Shown here one piece after another: positions 47,642 through 61,420 of a DNA stretch of 64,000 bases (position 1 is the stretch's first letter; the number at the start of each line of letters is the position of its first letter). A program made the position numbers and the translations under genes. The stretch comes from Phoronis australis (lineage: Eukaryota; Animalia; Phoronida). The stretch covers positions 314,240 to 378,239 of the forward strand of contig NMRA01000295.1 of NCBI GenBank assembly GCA_002633005.1, in the 5' to 3' direction. A model generated the notes under the pieces. The model saw only the letters and a list, made by a program, of their open reading frames with translations, searched no databases and was not told where the DNA came from.

Positions 47642-49792
47642 TTTATGCTTGTATGGTGTACTGTCATCATCTTTTGAGTGGCCTTTAGTCGACTGCAATA
47701 TGATGACGAAAGCTGGTTTTAATACGGAGATTTTTTTAACAAGATCTTTTCTTTGTTCGGTGCTATTTTAGTCTTCAGTGCCATAGTGACTACGGAAATG
47801 TGGTCAAGGAAGCAAATCCTGGGGGGCATTACTATTTACTCATACTAAACACTTCACCAGTCAATCACAACGCGTAGATGACGGATGATGACATGGCCAC
47901 AGGTGCAGTTGTGTAGTTCATAAATGTTACTGACTATCCCGTTTTTCTGCTTGTTTGACTTTCAGGGAATGAGCCCTCATACTCGTGTAGTTCATAATGT
48001 CACTGCCCCGTTTGACTCCGCTTGTTTGACTTTCAGAGAAGCCCTCATGCAATTTCCACGGCATTTGCATTCGGACGGAAAACATCGGCACACATGCCGG
48101 TTTCAGCGTCAGTGACATTTTCATATACACGTGACCCAAAAAGCGAATGGATTTCTTAATTCAAGAACAACATTTTCTTTCTAAATGACTCGAAAGGATA
48201 AGACATTGTCATAGGCTTGAGCTTAAGTCCACTGAATTGGTTAATTAAATATCCATCGCCAACCTGTACATAATAAGTACTTAAGTGCCGATTTCCTAGC
48301 ACTAGAATTTCAAGAATCAGTCGGCGTTTCACATGACGAGTTACTAAAACCGTGTTCACCTTATGAAAGAAAACACTGTGAACAATGGTGAACAGATATG
48401 AAAAGCAATGAAGGTCGTCTTAGTAAATTTAGGTGGTTTAAATCGATCAACGTTAAACTAGTGGAAAAATATTACGTAAGCGTTTCCAGCTTTACAGTTT
48501 GGTCTCACGAGACCTTTCCGTTCTCGTGTGTGTAAGTAATGGGCGACAGACCAGCTCCCAAACGAGCAGTCGCAAAGGCATCGTATCTGCCGTCTTACCA
48601 ATACCGGTAAATGACGTAACAGTTATGTGCAATAAGTTATTACTCTGGTCAATAATGAGTGATCATTACGGGAGGGTATAACCCCCTATTTCTTCATTAT
48701 AATGTAGTCTTCTNTTTATGCTTGTATGGTGTACTGTCATCATCTTTTGAGTGGCCTTTAGTCGACTGCAATATGATGACGAAAGCTGGTTTTAATACGG
48801 AGATTTTTTTAACAAGATCTTTTCTTTGTTCGGTGCTATTTTAGTCTTCAGTGCCATAGTGACTACGGAAATGTGGTCAAGGAAGCAAATCCTGGGGGGC
48901 ATTACTATTTACTCATACTAAACACTTCACCAGTCAATCACAACGCGTAGATGACGGATGATGACATGGCCACAGGTGCAGTTGTGTAGTTCATAAATGA
49001 TACTGACTATCCCGTTTTTCTGCTTGTTTGACTTTCAGGGAATCAGCCCTCATACTCGTGTAGTTCATAATGTCACTGCCGCCCGTTTGACTCTGCTTGT
49101 TTGACTTTCAGAGAAGCCCTCATGCAATTTCCACGGCATTTGCATTCGGACGGAAAACATCCGATCGGCACACATGCCGGTTTCAGCGTCAGTGACATTT
49201 TCATATACACGTGACCCAAAAAGCGAATGGATTTCTTAATTCAAGAACAACATTTTCTTTCTAAATGACTCGTAAGGTTAAGACATTGTCATAGGCTTGC
49301 GGAGCTTAAGTCCACTGAAAGAATAAATGGATTGATGCTTGGTTAATTAAATATCCATCGGCAACCTGTACATGATAAGTACTTAAGTGCCGATTTCCTA
49401 GCACTAGAATTTCAAGAATCAGTCAGCATTTCATGAGTTACTAAAACCGAAGAAAACACTGTAAGCAATGGTGAACAGATATGAAAAGCAATGAAGGTCG
49501 TCTTAGTAAATTTAGGTGGTTTAAATCGATCAACGTTAAACTAGTGGAAAAAAATTAAGCGTTTCCAGCTTGACAGTTTGGTCTCATGAGACCTTTCCGT
49601 TCTCGTGTGTGTAAGTAATGGGCGACAGACCAGCACCCAAACGAGCAGTCGCAAAGGCATCGTATCTGCCGTCTTACCAATACCGGTAAATGACGTAACA
49701 GTTATGTGCAATAGGTTATTACTCTGGTCAATAATGAGTGATCATTACGGGAGGGTATAACCCCCTATTTCTTCATTATAATGTAGTCTTCT
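47642..49792. repeat. Single-N-joined tandem duplication (47642-48713 / 48715-49792)
   Basis: Near-identical copies with small indels, separated by one N at 48714. Confidence 0.85.
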
Positions 49793-51948
49793 CGAGGCTT
49801 GTTAGGGAGATATTCAAGCTTACTCCGTTCACGTGCAGTCCGACCAGAAGGTAGATCGTATGAAAAAATTCACATGGTGAATCCTCGCCAGACGTCTGTT
49901 CAGCCTTTGAAATCAGGCGGCCGATCTGCTATATCGCGACGAAAAGGCAACATTATACCGATTTGAAGTTAGACGCAACGAGATCGCGCGTGATTGGTCA
50001 GTTTAACATTAAAGTTCGACGTCTGACGAGGGTTCCACTTATGCATCATTTTCAGACGGCGGATAAGATGTTCGATCTGCCTTCTAACATATTGACCGGC
50101 CGTGTATTCGTTCGCAATAATTATGCATGGAAACAAATTGTACCCTGCACTGAGGCTACGCAGTCTAGCAGCTGATGTCATATGAAGGCTGGAAGAGGCT
50201 CAAAGGCCGGCAAAAGCTTAGGAAAGAGTCATTCCCACACGGGGTTTTCAGAGGTGTTGATTATTCCGTCTAAACATCAGTTGTCACTAGACGTCTTATC
50301 TCCAACAAACTACAAGTAAATGTAACCATTTCCGCTGTGTTTAGTTTGAAGCGTGTCTTTTTGAAATGCCACCTCACCACCTTGCATTTGTGGCCGGGAC
50401 TGAATAGGCCAACACTTTTGGACTGAAGGTCTAATCTACTTACCATTGATTTGTTGTTGCATGTACGTTTCAGTAGTGACGAAAATCAGTCGTCATAAAT
50501 AATGGAGGAAGAGCATGCATGATTAAGAACGAAACGAATTACATGTATATCACTTTGAAGCATGCATCGCGCACGCAAATTACCCTAATAAGCAGTGCAG
50601 AAGTTAATTGTTATGGCAACCACATGACGGCTGTAGCCATGTCACAGGCCGAAGCAAAACACTTTCGCTGAATCGTGTAAGCATTTTAATTAAACGTATA
50701 ACAGACACGAAATAATCAATCGAAAGCCGTCCCAAACTCTGTTGTTAAAACTTCGAATGTAACACATCGAACGCCGCGAGCGTGGACAACATATGAGGGG
50801 TCATAGTTGCAGACAAGTTTTACTCAGAAACGTCCACGTATCCCCAAAACCAATTCGGGTGTTTAGTTATGACGTGTCATGGCGGTAGATGACGCAATTT
50901 GGACCCGGAAATAAGAATAGACATGCCGTCACATTGGGTCCAAAACGTCACAATGACGTCATGCTAAACATTCCTATAGTCCCACCATTTTATTTTTCGA
51001 AAAGAAGCTATACAGACTGTGTCTGTTTTACCACTAAAATCAAACTGGAGCAGAAGTTGTAGGTTTGTTAAAGTGTCTTCCTTGCCCATACTAAACGGAA
51101 AGCTATTGTTTAGTCAGTAACAGGTGTCTTATCACCTGTGTAAAGAAATCGACACACTGTCAATGAACATTGAACAAAATGGAACGCTATTTTTATTTCA
51201 ATGCAGTCTTTGTCTCGTTCAGTTTTGTTAATTAGAGGTGTGAAACGTGAAGGCTCGTCAAAATATCTTTTAAATAATTCCCGACGAAAGTACCATCTCA
51301 CAACTTCTACTGCAAGGCTATTCACTTTCTACTGTGAGAGATTTTCCAAAAAATCACGAAATTCACAATTTTTTAATTATACGTGAGGAAAAAATTCTGT
51401 AGTCAACTCAGAGCTTCTAATCTCCCTCCCACTTTTGATCTCACTGTCATTCCACAAACAGCTGACAAGATGGATATTAACAGCAGATTATCATAGGTGA
51501 TCGCAGTTCGAATCTGAGGTAGATAGTACACTCTATCACACTCTACAGTGCTAAACGAATTGCAGCATTGGTGGCGCTGTGTCAGAGGGTAAGGTAGACA
51601 GCACAGTATGAGGCAACATAGGGAAGCAAGCAATTTTCCCAAAACAATTACAAGTGCATTTACAATGTATGTGAATACTACGATACCTTTACGACTAATT
51701 TTAAACAGTTAACACTAACACCAGGTTCCTCTTACGCGGACGTCTGGCTGCGGCTCGAAGCCTATTCCGAGCTTGTACTCTTTTGCCCTCACTATATGAC
51801 CTTCAGTTGAAAACGGCAGTTCACTGAGTACACAAAATGTTTCCACGACTAATCGTTCTTTGAAAAGGGATGCAATAACTACAGATAGATCACATCAGAC
51901 TGGGTAGATTCAACCATGACCAAATCATTTTCTAGCGTCTCTATCACG

Positions 51949-52045
51949 TTCCGGTGGTCGGCTTCATGTGCGAGTCTCTACCAGGTTCCGGTGGTCGGGT
52001 TCATGTGCGCGTCTCTACAAGCTTCCGGTGGTCGGCTTCGTGTGA
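51949..52045 (+). repeat. Minisatellite, ~37-bp unit, ~2.6 copies
   Basis: ttccggtggtcgg(c/g)ttc(a/g)tgtg... repeated three times. Confidence 0.85.
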
Positions 52046-52404
52046 GCCGAAAATAGTAGTCAAATTTCAAACTATACTGGCTTTTTTATTTGGATATTGA
52101 AGTGAGCAGAGAACATCAGAAGTGCCGTTGTTTTCCCATTTAAAAAGGCTTGAGGGAATACCACCGCTTCTTCTTTTTTGTTATTATGTTGTTCATGACC
52201 GAAAGATGGATTATTCTAAGTATCATTGATTCATTCCGCAATGCATCCATCCATTCAATTCCCGGGTAATATTTTCGATGTTGAAGCTTTCTTTATTGAA
52301 TAAACTCGTTCACATCTCGCTTGAAATTCTGCAGAAAAACAGCATTATCCTCAGACGCGCCACGTCGTTTGCGTAGTAAGCGTGGGGAATGTATCGACAA
52401 TCCT

Positions 52405-52652
52405 CATTGGCTGACTTATGTCAGACATAAATACGATTTATGTCAGATACAAATAGAATAATGATGAAAATTAATTTTTTTATGTCTGACACAATAAGAT
52501 TATGGTTGGCATTAATGAATTATGCATGACATTATTCGAGAATTTTGTCAGACATAAATCTGATTGATGTCTGACAAAATTCTAATTTCTGTCAGACATA
52601 ATTCCGATTTACGTCTGAAGTAAATCACAATTATGTCGCACTGTGCCAACCA
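52405..52652. repeat. Cluster of direct and inverted tgtcagaca(t) motifs (probable MITE with subterminal repeats)
   Basis: About 7 copies of tgtcagac/gtctgaca-like motifs in both orientations within 250 bp. Confidence 0.6.
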
Positions 52653-55600
52653 CGCACGTTTGCGTTCACTTTTATCTTGTAGCCAAAGGTTTTACAGACT
52701 AATTACACGTGTTTGTGTCTTGGCTCTTTTGGTAAAACCAAATAGTCGAACGCCCTCTATCGGGGCGGTCAGGTAAATACATCGGTCTTTTAATAAACAG
52801 AATGCTCATTGTGTCCCTGGCATCACCTTATCGGTTGACGAATTCAACTGTAAACGCTCAAGGACAAGACTTTGTCTTTGGTGAAAAACTACGGCATTAC
52901 AAAATCAGAGCCCACCGGGGTGGCGCTATCATCTGAACGGTAAGCGTGAAGCCCTGTAATCAAATTCTTTAATCAGTAAAGCAGGTTTTTTCTTAATCGA
53001 CCTTTAGTTTGAACGCTGTGCCTGGAGTCATCGTAAAACGGAAAGTCTATCAACAAGTGAGTGATTAAAAAGTTCACGTAACACGGGCGGCGCAGGACTG
53101 AAAAAAATGGGGGCTATAGCCCCTCCCCCGCAGCCCCCTATGGTGCGTCGCCCACTCATGCCGTAAAGAGAAGACCGACTTGTGCTACATTTCTGGAGAG
53201 CAATATCAACATTATCACCTTGGAATGATGGCGTGTTCCAAATGCAGAAGTGTCATCACAGGTAGTTCTGACGGAAGGCTTTGCATAAGACAGAGTCTGA
53301 CACTGAGACAAGGGAACTCTGTGGAGAATTTGACAGGTTTTCTATTGACGTTGGGTCACCCTCCACTTTGCTGTGTAACTTAACAGTTTCAGTTAAGGCG
53401 CCGTGAAAAACAAGCAACTTTCTTTGAGTTGGACCTACATTACAATCAATGTTTCTTTTGAGTGAATTATTTGAAGTACACAGTGTAAGAGCGACTCAGG
53501 ACAGGTATATGTACGAGGGGCTGGAGTGTTCCGGGAACGTCTCGCACAGCGTCATTTTGAACACGAATGGTAGTGACGGAAATATTCTACAAAATAAGCG
53601 ACGATTGTATGAAGTGACAAAACTAAGATTTGTGATGTCTGTGAATGTCTGAAAAACACAGGTTGCAGATATGAATCTAAGGTACAAAGGTAAGAAGAAT
53701 GTTGACGTAATAACGGAAAGCATAGTCTGTGAAACGCAATAGTTGTTGTATGCGCGACCACATTCAAACCGCCGTGCGTCTTTTCAAAAACGTTTGTTTA
53801 AGTGTTTCGCAGGCGCATATGTGCTCCCATAAGCACTTCCACTTATAGGCGCAGGAGACCGTCCCATGTATATGTGTGCAGTAGTCGAATTGTTTGTTAT
53901 TTTTTGTTTTTGTTCAGTTTTAATCAATATATTCTTATCGATTGGTAAAAGTAACGGAAAAGTCAGGTCTCATTCAGAGAATCTTTTTAACAGTTCCTGA
54001 AGCATCACCGTCTTTTGAAACTATATTTGTCAGTTTCCCTATGACAAAAATACGAGTTTGTGCACCGGATTTCCCATGTAAACCCTATTTTGGAATAAAC
54101 TGAACAGTTTAAGCGGCCGTGCAAATCTTTGAGGCTCTGTAGATAGGCCTAGTCAATAACGTCTTTGCGACCCTCTCTGTCGCATCTCCCGTTCATTTCA
54201 TTCAAAACACGTCTTAACTCGTCGAATTTGTACAATTCAAAAAATCTGTAAACGGCTCCTCCACTTCTTGATTAGCTAAGTACTTTAGTCACGCTGGAAC
54301 TGAAATCACAATCATTTTCAATATTAATGAGTCAGCTTGGAACTTTAGGGTCATCCCAATCAATGTTGATCTTAAACAGGCTATAAACCTTTCTTCCGTC
54401 GCAAAAGCCAACTTTTAATTTAGACCACTTAAATGTACCAATAAGAATTTGGTCTCAAACTGTGTCGTAGTCGTAATACATACAGATGTAATTTCTGGGC
54501 TTGGAATGAAATGAAAGAAGTTCGTTCTATATTAAAACCAAGTTGTCTTGTCAGTGCGTGTCTTTTATTCGTCGTGCACGTTCTCGACTACTAACAAACT
54601 GCCAGTTATCGCGGAAGATCAAAAATCACTTCTCTGAGTCATAAGTAAGTCGAAAGCAAGTTTACAGCGGTAAGCGGCCTAAATCAAAATCAAGTTTAAT
54701 CGATGGTACGCAGGTTATTAAATCCGTGCTTCTGTCAAACTACCACTTTGCGTCATGAAGTGAGTCTCAAATTGTTCCATAGCCAAGTTAGGTGCGATTC
54801 TTCGGCATAGACAGAAGTGATTGCTCGCTATTCCTTCAGGGCAAGCTCATAAAATTTCATGTCACGGCAGCTTACAATGTACTGGGTAAGGCATAAGATG
54901 ACTATTTCATAACGGTAAGTTACCTAACTCTAAACTTGTTTTTGACACAAAGCACGGGTTTTTAAAATGTCGTTCGAACTAAAGTTTTCAAAACGAGAAC
55001 AAAGCCAAATGGAATCTGCTGTTTTTCGACTGAATAAATAACAAAATATTGTGTTAATGATTCCCACGAGTTAGCTTGAACGAACTCGGAATTCATGTTT
55101 ATTCCGATATTGCAAGTTTATACACGTCACCTGACATAGCTGATGCTATACGGCTTGTGAATTTTTTACATTTAGCGCGTGCGTTTGGCAGCCAAATGTT
55201 CACTGCATGCAGCTCTCGCTTGGGTGACAGGCAAGGCGAACTTTATTGACTATTGAAGCTGTGAAAACATAACGTTGAGAAATTGTTCAATCGTTCACTT
55301 AGACTTCAAGAATGATAAGAGTGACACTCCAAGTATAAGCCAATCAAGAGTGGGCAAGACGTTTATAGGTCTTAAAAAGTTAATAAATAATTGTCGATTG
55401 ATTGCTCAAATGCCGTGAAGGGAGTGGTGAGCGGCTAGTTTGGAGGTAAGAAATTTAATCTTCGATGCACACGTTTGTATGGTTTTTACTCTTGAGAAAA
55501 TCAGTTCTAGTGTCTTAAAATTCTATTAGAATGAGCGGCGGCGGATTTGGTGGTAAAATCGTTGCACAAGCTTGTTTTGTTATGTGTAGAAAATGTACAC

Positions 55601-56064
55601 AGTAATTTCGTACGGAAATTGACAAACATTGTATTTAATGAATTTGACAGCGAATTTCACACAAGCAGTAGCCTCACGCCGAATTCCGGATATCGGTAAA
55701 AGTTCACGTTCAGGAGAAGAGGTGTAAATATGGACTTAAATATAGAGGGCGAGTAGTAGCCCTGACAAATATTCGATAACAGAATTGAAACGATTAGATG
55801 ACTTGTCGCTGACATCGTCGCTAAAGAACATCGCATTGAAATTGCTCCAAAACAATAAAAAATGATTGTGTTTTTGCTAAAATTGAAAATTGGTCGATTT
55901 CTCCTGTTCCAAAAGTAAACCTTCCTTCAGTATTGCTAAACGTTTTCAATACAATCACATAAACAGGGCAAAGTCACCTCGTCCGAACGCAAATCTTCGT
56001 CTGGCAGAGGAAGTCCGCGTCATTTGAAGTTCGGTTGAGGAACGGAGTCTCCGTGTTTTCACTG

Positions 56065-57296
56065 CAGTGGCGGATCCACGTTTTCAGTAAGGGGGGGTTT
56101 AGGATAGGATTCCCGCAAAGGTCGAATCCGAGGCGCGTGGCGCCGAGCGGGGGNNNNNNNNNNNNNNNNNNNNNNNNNNNNNNNNNNNNNNNNNNNNNNN
56201 NNNNNNNNNNNNNNNNNNNNNNNNNNNNNNNNNNNNNNNNNNNNNNNNNNNNNNNNNNNNNNNNNNNNNNNNNNNNNNNNNNNNNNNNNNNNNNNNNNNN
56301 NNNNNNNNNNNNNNNNNNNNNNNNNNNNNNNNNNNNNNNNNNNNNNNNNNNNNNNNNNNNNNNNNNNNNNNNNNNNNNNNNNNNNNNNNNNNNNNNNNNN
56401 NNNNNNNNNNNNNNNNNNNNNNNNNNNNNNNNNNNNNNNNNNNNNNNNNNNNNNNNNNNNNNNNNNNNNNNNNNNNNNNNNNNNNNNNNNNNNNNNNNNN
56501 NNNNNNNNNNNNNNNNNNNNNNNNNNNNNNNNNNNNNNNNNNNNNNNNNNNNNNNNNNNNNNNNNNNNNNNNNNNNNNNNNNNNNNNNNNNNNNNNNNNN
56601 NNNNNNNNNNNNNNNNNNNNNNNNNNNNNNNNNNNNNNNNNNNNNNNNNNNNNNNNNNNNNNNNNNNNNNNNNNNNNNNNNNNNNNNNNNNNNNNNNNNN
56701 NNNNNNNNNNNNNNNNNNNNNNAACGAGTATTACATGAACATGTACACTGTATGATATTGCGCAAGACAACTTTACAATACACCAGTCAAATTCGAGTTA
56801 CAAACGTGTGGGGTGTAATAGGATGACACGGCATGACAGATGAGGTAAAAACGTTGCCCGTCAATTCGCCTGAATATCAGGGTTGCGGCACCACAGTATT
56901 TCCCCTAATCAAATCAAAACATATCTTAGAGTAAAGAAACTAGTAACCTAAAGAAATCAGCTATACAGCTGCTCTTTCAGCGATGGATCCATCTAAAATG
57001 CTTGGCTAGTCTACTTCAGAAGTGGCGACGGAAGCGCGCGCACAATTGATCTCCGGGGTTTTGCCGATGAGCCACGAAGACTCGAATCGCGTGGATTTTC
57101 ATAACAGCAATTCACAATGCAAAAAACATATTTTCAGAGTGAACCCCCCCTCATTTTTTCCAAGTTGGTTTACTCGGAGTTTACACACGCTGGCGGTGCC
57201 TTTTTTGTTNGTTTTTTTTTTTTTTTTTTTTAACTTTTGGGTCCTGGCCCGAGGGGGGGGTTTAAACCCCCTGAACCCCCCGTAGATCCGCCACTG
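56065..57296. mobile_element. Non-autonomous DNA transposon (spans an N gap)
   Basis: Perfect TIRs cagtggcggatc / gatccgccactg; cactg on both flanks; same end type as 16770-17736. Confidence 0.7.
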
Positions 57297-58429
57297 CACT
57301 GGGTCTCACTGCCTATCATAACACTGACACCAACTTGCCTCCAGTAATCAGAATCGAGCCTCGATTCCACCTACTGTACTTGTTAGCCTCTCATTAACAC
57401 ATCAATCCGTCTCAGCTGCTTGTTTTATATCGTAATTTAGAATGTGCAAATTACACCATAAACCAATTATTATGTAAAGTGTTATAATTTCATTAATAAA
57501 CTGATAGCTCTCTGACTAAATCAACTTGAGGGAGTGCATAAGTGACGACGAAGCAGTGTCTTATTAAGTGACATTGCTCATGTTCTTACTTGGAGAAATT
57601 TCGTTTCGCTAGGTAATAATTTCTTCTGTTTTATCGTCTGTGATCAAGCGTCTGTGCGACAAGTTAATGGTAAATAATAAGTCATGTCAAAGTGCTATTG
57701 TTTGTTGTTATGGCAACTGATCATCTATTTTCAGCTGCCTCGTTTGCGAGACTTAAATGATCACCTTGGGCTTAAGTTATGTTTCAATATGTTAGAAGAA
57801 TGTGAACCGTCGTCAAAATTACAAATAAAACTCCTCTGTGTTCATTTTTCCGTTGTCGCGTGAAGATACAATAAGGTACTGATGCTCTACGTTTCCTTTT
57901 ACTGAGACCTAAGCAGTGTTCCCACGTGGAATCCAAATAATGTAATTCTCAAAGATGGCGCTGTATAGGACTTTTTACGCGATATGGTTGGTCAGTTTTC
58001 GATGAAGCTTGGTGATCGTGAGTCCTTGCGCTGTCTGAGCGACACGAGATCTTTGGGTGTATTTCTTTAAAGTGCCATAACCCATTTACATTTAGGTTAA
58101 CAGGAGACATCCCACTAGTCGTAATCTTTGTCGCAAATCTCCATTTGGGCACCGTTTAAAAAGCGTCGCAAAGAGTGAGCTGATGGGGCTACCATCATTG
58201 TAAATATTACATTAATAAATAAATAATAAATAAATAAATAAATAAAGTTATGATATCTAAGGCAACTTAGTCGGACTCAGTCTCTGGCATGCACTTTAAA
58301 TGCTTTTTACATTTTCGTTTCTACAACTGTGCTTGTTTCATTGAAAATCTTTGCAAAGGTGATTCATTTTCGTTGACCCCAGGTGTATATTTACTCACTA
58401 ACCCCTAATTGTTTACACGTGTCACACAA

Positions 58430-58820
58430 GTTAAATATGTATTTGCATGCTCCTAATTATTCTAATGTATATCAGGAACTAAATGGCAGTAATCTACGCT
58501 AAAGAGAGTACAGTTTTCTTAACTGACAACTCGTAAATGTGAAACAAAAAGATTCTGCAAATATGTGACCTTTGTACTAATGACATACCCTGCAGGCTCA
58601 CATAGCCCGCATCATGCAGTGTTATTCCCCCAGTTATACTTACTGTACACGGTTCAGTGATTTGCGGCGGATCATTTTCATCACAAAATTCATTTTTTAA
58701 AACATTTGTCAATTTTCAACCTACTTCCTATTCACATTGTCGCTAAATGCTGTGTTTCTAAGTATACACTTGGCCAAGAGATCACAGAGATAAAGAATTA
58801 GCCTGCACCTTCCACTTTGA
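58430..58820 (+). mobile_element. Uninterrupted copy of the repeat split at 16502-16769 + 17737-17855
   Basis: Collinear similarity (atgctcctaa, tcagtgatttgc.gc.gatcattttca, tgtgtttctaagta, cacagagataa.gaatta, ttccacttt). Confidence 0.65.
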
Positions 58821-60919
58821 ATGAGTTACGTGCCAGATTTAGGCTTAGGGGCCAGGAGCACTTTTAGTTTGGAAGTCCATAGTTTCTAGAGTTGTTGTTT
58901 CATCTGCAGACATTAAAAACGGACATTTTACTGTAGAACACCTCCGCAGTAGAAAGTCCTCGAAAACTTGATGTACATGTGTATAGATTTTCCGCAGAAC
59001 ATTTGTTATGATTTCTAATTCAAAAATATAATTTTAGATAACGCTTCTCCGCAGCAGCGTAATACTATCAAAGGGCTTCCGTTAAATATAATACTTCTGA
59101 GAAGAAAATCATTTTTCTTATTTTTATTATATCTATGTGATAACAAATTTGTTAAGGTTGGCCATCCAAACGTGCGCATGCAAAGTGAACCGATAGGTTA
59201 GGTGGCGTATGGCCTGACTCTTTTTTCTCCTTAGTACAAACATTAGCTATCGAGTAAAAATTATACTAAATGAAGTGCAGTTTTAGTAGATCAATTTCTA
59301 ACCAACTTGATGAAGTACCCGTATTTGAAACAAGTAAAGTTTGATAAATATCACTGTGACGAAGGACTAGTAACAGTCGAAGCTTGATAAATGCAGACGA
59401 TTGTAATGGTCTCTCTGTAGAATACTCCATTCGCCCTCTGCAGTAAAGTTATCTCCCTTTGCTCAACACCCTTGGGATACCTGACGTTCTCGGCACCTCA
59501 ATGGAGAAAAGTCCCGTAATTAGTGAATGACATCTTAATAATGGCTCGTAGAAAAGTCTATATCAAAAGATATACTAACTATACAGAATCGCCGCATACC
59601 TTTAAGGACCCCTTGTAGACAGCATGAAGTTGAAATCAAATAACACCTTTTACCTAACATATTACATCTACCCTGTGTGCGAAGAGCCCCCTGGCGGATT
59701 CGGAGGAGACCTTGATGATCGGCGCCATAAATTGTTTCTCTTTTGTTTTCGATGATGTCATCATTTGTCGCTGATCTTCCTCTTTTTTTCTCATTCCATT
59801 CTGGCAGTTAGAAACCGGTGACGGAATTAAACGCCTCTTTTCCTGTTTTGTGAAATCAGATAAGGGGCCCTAGTGAAATCATTTGTTACGTTTTCCTTTT
59901 TTCAAAACTATATACTGTAGGTTACTTAGGCATATACCGGTACACGCCGCTGAAGTTGTGACCTTTGACCCTTATAAACCATGCATTATACTGCAACGCT
60001 TACGAGTGCCTGTACCAGTTCGTAGACACAGAACACTCGCGAAAACTTAAGATCGCAAAAGTCTTTGCGAGACATCGACATGGATTGCAAGCAAAGGACG
60101 TGGTCACACTATCGTTAATCAGCCCTGATCTTGTATTTATTACTTTCTGAGTATGCGCAAAGTTGTGCACATTTCTACAGTTAGAAAAGATCGATATACA
60201 TTTACAGTAAACACTCTTCATGGGACCGGTATTACGTAAAGCTTACGTTCACTGATGGTGGAGCGAAATCGTAATCGAGAAGGAAATAGAGCAAATTGCG
60301 GTGCGCGTGACAATATTTACATGTACGGCAACAAGGTGTTTTTCTTCACTCCAGTCACGTGAGTATTTCACGACACATCACCACATAGTGCCTGTGTACA
60401 TTCTATGACTGTATTTGAATATGATAAAGAAGAGAGTCAAATTTTTATGTCCCTCACAACTACCGATACCATTAACCGTTCAACTTTGAACCACCATAGC
60501 TTATTGCGGGGATGTAAAACCGATAGTGCCACAGAAGATGTTTCGTTGTTTAAAACCCTACTATCGCTTTCTCGATAGGTGATATTTACAGACATTTTCA
60601 AGACGTTTATCTAAATGAGAGACACACAAAGGAATCGGTTCAATTTTGAAGTTTCCGGTGTTGAGCCGGTTCAGTAATTGAAGACAAATACAATCATGTG
60701 CCTTGTGTAGTTGTTGTTACGAAGAGTGTGAAAATCTCCGTGGAGTACTTTTTATGACGCAAGCAATTTGCTGAATAGATATTACCAGCAGCGTTTAAAT
60801 TTTGTTATTCTGTCGCATAAATGAGCTCGCGGCCTTGTAGCGCCGTAAAACGAATGATTACGTTTTAAATTTTAAGCTTCAATCTTGGAAATCGTGTATT
60901 TTTGTGAAAGATGTCTGGT

Positions 60920-61420
60920 GAGATCATTTTAATCGTCATCGTTGCCGCGGTTGTCGTCTCCATCATCTTCATCTTAATCATCACATTTCATCACCAACAT
61001 ACGTGTAATCATCATCGTCGTCGTCGCCTACATGGTGGTAATCATCACCACTATCATCGTGTCCATCGTCGTCATCATTGTAGCCTTCGTTATATCCGTT
61101 GTCCTCAACTTCACGTTCGCCTCGTGATTAGCCACGTTATCTTGGTGATCATCATTAACATTCCTGTCATCAATATTTCGGTCTTACTCAGCAATACCAC
61201 CACCACCAGCACCACCAGCAGCACAACCACCAACCCACCACCATGCACCACCATCGCCATCACCACCATTACCACCACCACCACCACCACCACCACGAGC
61301 GTCACCATCACCACTATCCCCTGCATCAACATCAGCACATCAACCAATACGACTATTACCAACAATACAACTATTACGATCACCGCCGCTATTATCATCA
61401 CTTCATCAATATCGCCGTTA
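60920..61420. repeat. Degenerate (CAT)n/(CAC)n microsatellite
   Basis: Directly visible; produces spurious His/Thr/Val-rich ORFs. Confidence 0.9.

Noticed and set aside
51949-52045. CRISPR-like repeat array
   Set aside because: Contiguous tandem units without unique spacers, in a eukaryotic intron-containing context with no cas genes.
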